Positions 57,223-64,000 of a DNA stretch of 64,000 nt are shown here, piece by piece. Within the stretch, counting starts at the first letter, position 1; every line of letters begins with the position of its first letter. The translations under genes were made by a program, and so were the position numbers. Source of the stretch: Candidatus Eiseniibacteriota bacterium. GTDB lineage: Bacteria; Eisenbacteria; RBG-16-71-46. Location of the stretch: assembly GCA_963717935.1 (NCBI GenBank), contig CAVQXP010000004.1:576001-640000 (forward strand), in the 5' to 3' direction. The notes under the pieces are model-generated. The model was not told where the DNA came from. It ran no database searches and saw only the letters and a program-made list of their open reading frames with translations.

Positions 57223-58230
57223 CTAGGGCCTGGGGCTGAGGGCTTGCACCAGCCTGGGCAAGCTCAGGTCGTAGCGGTACGAGATGTTCCTGTGCCCATC
57301 GTCGAATTCCTCGTACTCGTGCGGGACGTCCAGCTCCCGCAGGCGCCGGCTGAAGAGCCGGGCGCCGTGCAGCAGGTTGAACTCGTCGTTCGTGCCGCAG
57401 TCGAGGTGGAGGAACCGGAGCGAGCGCAGCGCCGCGGCGTGTGATTCGAGCAGGGCCAGCGGATCGTGCTCGAGCCACCGCTTCCAGACGTCCTCGCGGA
57501 ACGCGCCGGTCTCGAGGTCGCAGGGCAGGTCGAGGCCGAAGGGGACGGAATCCGGGTTCGGCGAGTAGGCCGCGGCCATGCCGAGGATGTTGAACGCGAG
57601 CATGTCGCCGTGGCCCTTCTGGCGCCGGGCCTCGAAGCGTTCGAGCCAGGCCGCGAGCCCGCCGGCCTGCTGCACCTGGGTGCAGAACTTCGGGATGTCG
57701 CCCCGGTAGCAGTAGTCGAAGTACAGGTCGCCGCTGTGGCAGGCCACCGCGCCGAAGACGTCCGGGTGCTTCATGCCGAGGGTGAGCGCTCCGAAACCGC
57801 CCGACGACTTGCCCGCCACGCCGCGGTGGTCGCGCGATGCGAGCGTGCGGAAGCGCGCGTCCACCCAGGCGACCAACTCCTCGGCCACGTGCGTCTCGTA
57901 GCGGCCCGTGGCGCTCGAGTCCAGGTACTGCGAGCCTCCGAAACGCGTGAAGCAATCCGGCAGGACGAGGATCGCCTCCCCGCAACCCGCGGCGATGAGA
58001 CCGTCCATGCGGTCGTCGAGCGCCGGCGACCAGGGGTTGTCGTTGAGGAGCATGCGCCCGCGTCCGGTGAAGCCGGCGAGCACGAAGACCACGGGATAGC
58101 GTCGCGCGCGGTCCGCCTCGTAGGACGGCGGCAGGTAGACCGGCACCGTACGCGTGCGCGGGTCACCCGCGGGATTGCCCGCGAGGACAGCGCTTTCGAA
58201 GCGCTCCATCAGGACGTTGCCGCGCTTCAT
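57223..58230 (-). CDS. Alpha/beta hydrolase (putative esterase)
   Basis: VYLPPSY, RYPVV, GKSSGG nucleophile elbow, DCG..D and GH; GGAGG RBS. Confidence 0.9.
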   Translation of the reverse strand: MKRGNVLMERFESAVLAGNPAGDPRTRTVPVYLPPSYEADRARRYPVVFVLAGFTGRGRMLLNDNPWSPALDDRMDGLIAAGCGEAILVLPDCFTRFGGSQYLDSSATGRYETHVAEELVAWVDARFRTLASRDHRGVAGKSSGGFGALTLGMKHPDVFGAVACHSGDLYFDYCYRGDIPKFCTQVQQAGGLAAWLERFEARRQKGHGDMLAFNILGMAAAYSPNPDSVPFGLDLPCDLETGAFREDVWKRWLEHDPLALLESHAAALRSLRFLHLDCGTNDEFNLLHGARLFSRRLRELDVPHEYEEFDDGHRNISYRYDLSLPRLVQALSPRP

Positions 58231-58371
58231 CTGGTCTCCTCCGGCGGGTGGCCCCGGTCCATGCAGCCCTGAAGATAGCCGCAAGGGGGCCCGAATCCCA
58301 ACCTAAGGCCCGCGGCGGACTTGCCGATAACTCCCGCAGGTCCGCTGTCCCGCGTCTCCAGAACTCCCGGC

Positions 58372-59973
58372 ATGGAGTACCGCCTGATGAAGTCGGAATC
58401 CCGCCCCACGAGGGACAAGCTCGACCGCAACGCCTGGTCACTGCTGGGCCTGACCTTCATCGTGGTCCTTGCCCTCGCCGCGGCGGTGCCGCTGCTCTAC
58501 CTGCCCCAGGCCAGCCTCCTGCGCGAGGGCTCGGGCGGCGAGCCCGTGCAAGAGCAGTACCTGGCGGTCGTGGGCCTGAGCGGCCTGGTGGTCATCTTCT
58601 GCCTCTACACCGCACTCAAGCAACGCGAGCTGGACGCGATGCGCCGCCGCCTCGAGCAGGAAGAGCGCGAGAAGGCGAACGTGGGCACGCGCCTCTCGGA
58701 GTTGTCGGCCCTCTTCCAGCTCTCGACGACGCTGAACCTGCAGCTGCAGCTCGAGGACATCCTCGAGATCATCGTGCGCCGCGTGGTCTCCACGCTGCAG
58801 GCCCAGCAGGCCTCGATCATGATCTTCAATCCCGAGACCAGCCTGCTCGAGACCCGTGCCTCCTACGGTCTCGAATCCGAGTTCGCGCGCAATGCCCGCA
58901 GGAAGCTGGGCGAGGGCATCGCCGGCTGGGTGGCCGAGCGCCGCGAGCCGGTCCAGCTGGACTCGGGCCAGAGCATGGGTGCCTTCCAGAGCCAGCACAA
59001 GGTCAACCGGAACATCACCTCGGCCCTCTCGCTGCCGCTCCTGGTCGGCGAGCGCTGCGTGGGCGTGCTCAACGTCAACCGGATCAACCACCCGGAGACC
59101 TTCCAGGACCACCACCGCGACGTGCTCCGGCTCTTCGCCGAACACGTCGGCTCGGTCATCGAGCGCGCCGGGGTCCTGGAACGTCTCGGGAGCCGGGCCC
59201 GCGAGCTGGAGGCCGTGAACCTGGAGCTCAGCGAGATGAACCGCCTCAAGGGCGTGTTCCTCTCGACCGCCAGTCACGAGCTCAAGACCCCTCTCACGTC
59301 GGTCATCGGTTACGCCGAGCTGCTCGACGACAACGACGAACGCATGACCCGCGAGCAGCGCGGGGAATTCCTGCGGCGGCTGCGAGCCGAGGCGGGACGG
59401 CTGCTGGGCCTGATCGAGGACATCCTCGACCTGACCCGGATCGAGAGCGGCAAGCTCACGCTGCGCTGCGTCTTGATGTCGGCGAACGAGGTGGCGCATG
59501 CGGCCGTGGAGACCACGCGTCTGCTTGCCCAGAAACACGGCGTCGAACTGATCGAGCGGCTCGATCCCCTCCTGCCGCACGTGGCCATGGACGAGGTCAA
59601 GATGCGGCAGGCGCTGGTGAACCTGCTGGTGAACGCCGTGAAGTTCAGCCCCGAGCACGGGAAGGTCGTGATCGAGACCCTGCGTGACGGCGATTTCCTG
59701 CGGATGCACGTGACCGACCAGGGCGAAGGCGTCGCCCCCGAGGACGCGGCGCACATCTTCGATCTGTTCGGCCAGAGCGCCCGGGGTGCGCAGGGGGGCG
59801 GACTCGGCATCGGGCTCCATCTGGTCATGCGCATCACCGAGCTGCACGGCGGTCACGTGGGCGTGAACAGCCGGCCCGGCCAGGGCAGCACCTTCTGGCT
59901 GCGGTTGCCGCTGCGATCCGCGGAGTCCGCGGAGTCCCCGGAACAGGTGGTGGCCGCCCGAGAGGCGGCCTGA
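58372..59973 (+). CDS. Membrane-bound GAF-domain sensor histidine kinase
   Basis: Two TMs, GAF (GEGIAGWV), ASHELKTPL H-box, NLLVNAVKFS, DQGEG, GLGIGL and GQGSTF; start could be 58387. Confidence 0.93.
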   Translation: MEYRLMKSESRPTRDKLDRNAWSLLGLTFIVVLALAAAVPLLYLPQASLLREGSGGEPVQEQYLAVVGLSGLVVIFCLYTALKQRELDAMRRRLEQEEREKANVGTRLSELSALFQLSTTLNLQLQLEDILEIIVRRVVSTLQAQQASIMIFNPETSLLETRASYGLESEFARNARRKLGEGIAGWVAERREPVQLDSGQSMGAFQSQHKVNRNITSALSLPLLVGERCVGVLNVNRINHPETFQDHHRDVLRLFAEHVGSVIERAGVLERLGSRARELEAVNLELSEMNRLKGVFLSTASHELKTPLTSVIGYAELLDDNDERMTREQRGEFLRRLRAEAGRLLGLIEDILDLTRIESGKLTLRCVLMSANEVAHAAVETTRLLAQKHGVELIERLDPLLPHVAMDEVKMRQALVNLLVNAVKFSPEHGKVVIETLRDGDFLRMHVTDQGEGVAPEDAAHIFDLFGQSARGAQGGGLGIGLHLVMRITELHGGHVGVNSRPGQGSTFWLRLPLRSAESAESPEQVVAAREAA

Positions 59974-60001
59974 GCGCAGACGCCCACGCGGCGGTCGCGC
60001 A

Positions 60002-60040
60002 GCGGCCCGGGCTCTTCGGAGCCCGGGCCGCGTTCGTTTC
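60002..60040 (+). terminator. Intrinsic terminator
   Basis: 13-bp stem gcggcccgggctc/gagcccgggccgc with cUUCGg loop followed by gttcgtttc. Confidence 0.75.
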
Positions 60041-60053
60041 CGGTGGAGGGCGC

Positions 60054-61625
60054 CTACGCCGCCAGCGGCTCCTCGGGGTATTCGTGCGCCGCGAGCGAAC
60101 GCGTCACGCTCAGCGCCGCCGGCAGCGGCCGCAACTCCTTCGCCTCGGCCGGCGAGAACGGCACTCCGCGCTCGTCCATGATCACGCGCACGTGGGGCCG
60201 CGCGAGATCCTGCCTGTCGGGGGCAAGCACCACGGCGGTCCGCCCGTCGCTCAGCTCCACCAGTTGGCCCGGGGGGTAGAAGCCCACCGAGTAGACCAGC
60301 GCCCACAGGATGACCGGGTCGAAGCAGCTGGCGATGGGCCCGAGCATGATGCCCAGCGCCCGGCAGGGCGTGACGCTCCTGCCCCGCTCGCTGCGGTGCA
60401 TCTGCAGGCTCACGAAGCAATCGGCGGCCGAGACGATCTCGGAGAGCCGGCTCGTGCGCCAGCCCGCAGGCAGCGCCGGATAGCCGGCGCACCCGGCCGG
60501 GGTGCGCGATGGCTCGCCCTCCTGCGGGGCGCGGACGGCATGGTGCTCGAGCGCCACGTGCAGGCAGCGCAGGGTGGCGGCGTTGAGCGTGGTCGAGCGC
60601 GCGATGAGCTTCACGCCCTCCAGGGGGTGGCTGTCCGCCAGCCGCCGCTCCTCCTCGTCCATCTCCTCCAGCGGGTGCTGGATCCGGTCGTAGACCGCGG
60701 CCTTGCCCACGTCGTGGAGCAGGGCGGCGACGCCGAGGTCGGCGAGCGCCCTGCGATCGAGCCCGAGGAGGTGGCCCATGGTCACGGCAACGAGGCAGAC
60801 GTTGACCGAGTGAGCGTACGTGTACTCGTCGTGGCGGCCCAGGCCCGGGAGTCCGAGCACGACGGGCTCGTTCGCGAACGCCCCGTCGATGAGCGGCTGC
60901 ACCACGCGCTTGGCGTGGCGCAGCACCACGCCATCCTGCAGGGTGGTCGCGGCGAGCAGCGAGCGCGCCCCGAGGATGGCCAGCGAGTAGCTCTTGTGCG
61001 CGGCGGGCCGCATGCTGGCGGTGCCGGGCGCCGGGGCTGTGCCGCCCTCGCCGCCGCCATCGACCCCCGGCAGGGCCGGGTCGGGTGCGCCGAAGCCCGC
61101 GACCGGGTCTTCGCCGGGACCGGTCGCAAGGCCGTCCGGGGTGGGCGGGTCGCCGGACTCGGTCGAGGCGTGCACGACGGGCAGGACGTGGCCCAGCCCC
61201 CCGGCCACGCAGGCCTCGAGCAGCGCGGTGCCGCGGTAGGTGTCGGGTTGCAGGAAGAACCGGAAGAAGCCACCGAGCTCGGATTCGGTGACGCCGTCGA
61301 GGACCCGCACGCCCGCGATGTGCCGGCGCGTGAACTCGTCCATGAGCGCCCGGTGGAAGCGCAGGTTCGCGGTCGTGACCGGGAGCCTCACGCCGTTCAG
61401 GTAGAGGTCGCTGTCGAGCGAGATGAGCAGGACCTCGGGCGTCTCGGCGAAGACCGGGCCGAGCGATTCGATGAAGGTGGGGAGTTGCTGGTGGAAGGCC
61501 CGGTTCTCGACCCTGTAGGAACGGCCGGTGCGCACCAGCGCGAGGAATCGCAGGATGACGCCGTGGCCGTGCTCGCGCAGGCGCTCGTCGCGGGGGCGGA
61601 CCGTGGGCTGCGGAGCCTCGGTCAT
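60054..61625 (-). CDS. HD-GYP domain protein (putative cyclic dinucleotide phosphodiesterase)
   Basis: YTYAHSVNV, LLHDVGK, HP..G, EHH, AGYP and AD.F. Confidence 0.85.
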   Translation of the reverse strand: MTEAPQPTVRPRDERLREHGHGVILRFLALVRTGRSYRVENRAFHQQLPTFIESLGPVFAETPEVLLISLDSDLYLNGVRLPVTTANLRFHRALMDEFTRRHIAGVRVLDGVTESELGGFFRFFLQPDTYRGTALLEACVAGGLGHVLPVVHASTESGDPPTPDGLATGPGEDPVAGFGAPDPALPGVDGGGEGGTAPAPGTASMRPAAHKSYSLAILGARSLLAATTLQDGVVLRHAKRVVQPLIDGAFANEPVVLGLPGLGRHDEYTYAHSVNVCLVAVTMGHLLGLDRRALADLGVAALLHDVGKAAVYDRIQHPLEEMDEEERRLADSHPLEGVKLIARSTTLNAATLRCLHVALEHHAVRAPQEGEPSRTPAGCAGYPALPAGWRTSRLSEIVSAADCFVSLQMHRSERGRSVTPCRALGIMLGPIASCFDPVILWALVYSVGFYPPGQLVELSDGRTAVVLAPDRQDLARPHVRVIMDERGVPFSPAEAKELRPLPAALSVTRSLAAHEYPEEPLAA

Positions 61626-63376
61626 GGCTTGCTCCGGGGCCTGAGGGCCTCGAGACAGGCCGCGCGCACCGCCTCGCTGCGCGCGTGCGCGCCGGCTTCA
61701 AGCGCGGCCATCGCGTCCGGCGTGCCGATGTGACGCAGGGTGCGGGCGGCCGCCGCGCGCTGGAAGGTGCGGCGCGCGAACCACCCGCCCTTGTGCAGCA
61801 GTGCCTCGAGCGCCGGCACCGAGAGGTCGTCGGCGATGTCACCCAGCGCGCCGAACAGGATGCGCTGGTTGTCTTCGTCGCGGGACTCGAAATCGGATGA
61901 CTCGATGAGTGCGAGGATGGCGCGCGCGACCTGCGGGTTCTTCTCTCTCGTCAGCATGTTGAGGGTGGCGGCCAGCACCTGTGCGTCACGCACGCTGAGT
62001 TGCTCGAGGAGCAGCGGATTGCGGTCCTCGAGCGGGACCGAGCCCAGCGCCTGCACGAGCTGGCGGCGCACGCGCGGCTCGGGATGGCGGGCGACGGTGC
62101 GCAGCAGGGGCACGACGGCCGGACCGCCGATCTGGCCGAGCACGAAGACGAGGTTGCTCACCAGCGGCCAGCGCGGGTCGGCGAGCCAGGGCGCGAGCAG
62201 GTGCGGATCGTCGGCGCAGAGGTAGCACAGGGCGGTCACGGTGGCGGCGCGCGCGCGCGCCTTGTCGGTGCGGGCCAGGATGTCCACGCAGAGGCCGATG
62301 GCCGGGGTGCCGAGCGCCACGGTGAACGCGGCGAAGCGGCTCTGGTCCGACGTCTCGCCCTCGTCGAAGCGGTCCGCGATGACCCCGGCGTCGAGCCCGG
62401 CGAGCGCAGCGGCCAGTTCGTCGCCCACCAACTCGCGGTCCCGGTCGAGTTCGTTGAGCAGCCTGAGCGCGCGCTGCGCCTCATCCCAGGCCATGCGCTG
62501 CAGCGCCGGGGCGAGCCAGGAGATGATCGAGTGCCCCAGCGTCCGCCGCATGTCCTCCGAGCCGTCGAGGGCGTACAGGCCGCGCAGGAAGTCCGGCGCC
62601 TGCTCGATCCACGCGGTCGAGTTCTCGAGGTCCCAGGCCGCGAGGAAGCCGGGACGTCCCGCCTCGGCCAGCGGTTCGAGCCGTGCGAAGGCCTCGGGCA
62701 CGTCCGCCGTCTCCTCGGGCAGGGCCCAGTCATCGAAGGTGTCGCGATGCAGGCCCTGCGCACCCGCAGCCCGGCCCAGGTCGGCGTGGATCTCCGCCCC
62801 GGTGGGTGACCAGGCGAAGACCTGGCCCCGCTTTTCCTGGGCGGCCCCCGGGCTGCCGTCGGTCCGCGAGGAAAGGAAGATGGTCTGTTCGAGCGGCACG
62901 GCCTCGAGTTGGATGTGCGAGAGGTTGGCCTGCCATAGCAAGGTGACGAGGTCGTCCTGCGCGGCACTACAGCTGGCGTCCAGCAGGATCCGGAACAGCG
63001 TGTTCAATGTGCTGCCCGGCGCGTCTGCCGCGATCGTGAGTCGGCGGATGCCGTCGCGGTAGAAGAGAAGGGGCAGGCGGTCCGTGATGTTGGTGGCGCG
63101 ATCGGCGCCCGGGGCCTGAGGGACCACCTGGACGACCGGCTCGTCGTCGAGGAAGATCTCGGTGGCTGAGAAGCGCAACCGCCAACCGCCGTGGGCAGCG
63201 ATCAACTCGGCCAGCGCCGAGACGGCCGTCCTCTGCGCATCCAAGGCCGTGGGGTTGCTACAGTTGTAGAGATGGAAGATGCGCAGCGAGCGCGCCAACT
63301 GCCGGAACCAGGTGGCTGCGGCCCGGGCTTGCGGCGAGAGAGTCCGGAGGGTCTGCGTGCTGGGGGTGGGCGTCAT
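61622..63376 (-). CDS. HEAT-repeat protein
   Basis: Repeats such as L.DPRW.LV..LG.IG, HPEPRVR..L..ALG and VR.AC.EAL; stop overlaps the HD-GYP start. Confidence 0.8.
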   Translation of the reverse strand: MTPTPSTQTLRTLSPQARAAATWFRQLARSLRIFHLYNCSNPTALDAQRTAVSALAELIAAHGGWRLRFSATEIFLDDEPVVQVVPQAPGADRATNITDRLPLLFYRDGIRRLTIAADAPGSTLNTLFRILLDASCSAAQDDLVTLLWQANLSHIQLEAVPLEQTIFLSSRTDGSPGAAQEKRGQVFAWSPTGAEIHADLGRAAGAQGLHRDTFDDWALPEETADVPEAFARLEPLAEAGRPGFLAAWDLENSTAWIEQAPDFLRGLYALDGSEDMRRTLGHSIISWLAPALQRMAWDEAQRALRLLNELDRDRELVGDELAAALAGLDAGVIADRFDEGETSDQSRFAAFTVALGTPAIGLCVDILARTDKARARAATVTALCYLCADDPHLLAPWLADPRWPLVSNLVFVLGQIGGPAVVPLLRTVARHPEPRVRRQLVQALGSVPLEDRNPLLLEQLSVRDAQVLAATLNMLTREKNPQVARAILALIESSDFESRDEDNQRILFGALGDIADDLSVPALEALLHKGGWFARRTFQRAAAARTLRHIGTPDAMAALEAGAHARSEAVRAACLEALRPRSKP

Positions 63377-63568
63377 GGTTCTCCGTGGTCCCGGCCGGCA
63401 TGCCGGAACGCCCCATCGCGGGGCCCGGGCCGGGGCGCCGTGTGGTTCTCCAGCGGGTTATCGGCGGGCCGGGCGCCCGGATTGAGGGTCTGAGGCGGGG
63501 GAAGTCGGCCGGACGCGCCCCTGGAGGGGGGCCCGCCGTCCCCGGGCGCCCCCCGCCCCCCCCTCGCC

Positions 63569-63597
63569 TTGACTCGACGGGGGCTCTCCCGTAGCCT
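63569..63597 (+). promoter_or_regulatory. Sigma70 promoter of rpmH
   Basis: TTGACT-N17-TAGCCT. Confidence 0.65.
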
Positions 63598-63649
63598 GCA
63601 CTGCTCCTCCATCGTCGCAATCCGCTGTGCAATCGAGGTATCCCTACCG

Positions 63650-63802
63650 ATGAAGCGTACCTACCGCCCCCGCAACCGCCACCGGAAGAAGACCCACGGC
63701 TTCCGGCAGCGCATGAAGACCAAGGGCGGCCGCAAGGTGCTCGCGGCCCGACGCAAGGTGGGCCGCAAGCGCTTGACCGTCTCGAAGAAGCCGAAGTCCT
63801 AG
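63650..63802 (+). CDS. rpmH: 50S ribosomal protein L34
   Basis: MKRTYRP...[37 protein letters not shown]. Confidence 0.97.
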   Translation: MKRTYRPRNRHRKKTHGFRQRMKTKGGRKVLAARRKVGRKRLTVSKKPKS

Positions 63803-63955
63803 AGCGCGGCACGTCATCCTTTGCGGTCCTCCCTCCTGGGTCACCAGCCCGCCATGGGCTGTGGGCTCGCTACCTTTGCCTGTCTGGCCGTGGCCGTACC
63901 GGGCCCCGGGGACGGCGCGTCCACGCTCCGGAGCCGGAGCACGGGACCGATCTCG

Positions 63956-64000
63956 ATGACCGTCGAACGCCGCGAGCGGCTGACACCCGAGCACCGGCTG
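63956..64000 (+). CDS. rnpA: Probable N-terminus of RNase P protein component (partial)
   Basis: MTVERRERLTPEHRL resembles the RnpA N-terminus, and the gene follows rpmH; only 15 codons visible. Confidence 0.55.
   Translation, partial: MTVERRERLTPEHRL

Noticed and set aside
63854..63955. In-frame upstream ATG extending rnpA by 34 codons
   Set aside because: No RBS and a low-complexity translation; ATG 63956 fits RnpA better.

Overview
Very GC-rich, gene-dense bacterial chromosomal segment with about 46 CDSs. I see no rRNA, tRNA, CRISPR array or transposase. The lineage is unknown; many exported proteins with FlgD/T9SS-like C-terminal domains suggest an FCB-related lineage such as Ca. Eisenbacteria (inference). 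From left to right: DUF58, APC permease and MoxR; an S8 protease; a LamG lipoprotein; a GT-C/TPR protein; a tiny PEP-CTERM protein with a sigma54-type promoter; two tandem exported EEP nucleases; an S4 protein; a Ca2+/H+ exchanger; class II RNR (nrdJ); and a TolB-like lipoprotein. An 11.4-kb electron-transfer island (21.2-32.6 kb) follows, with 62 CxxCH motifs plus one CxCH motif. It encodes two multiheme-c/FdnI-type cytochrome b fusions, a c554-like tetraheme with a contracted CMCH motif, and a Rieske/cytochrome b/9-heme/18-heme operon. In that operon cytochrome b has lost both heme bH histidine ligands and the PEWY glutamate. After the island come a CPA2 antiporter, CBS, SDR, AIR-synthase-like, ferritin-like and M14 proteins, three large exported beta-propeller/metalloprotease proteins, a transglycosylase, queE-queC-queD, an MFS transporter, an esterase, a GAF histidine kinase, HD-GYP and HEAT-repeat proteins, rpmH and probably the start of rnpA. 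The best candidates for novelty are the bH-less Rieske/cytb complex, the CxCH module, and a nested-palindrome element between nrdJ and the Ca2+/H+ exchanger.
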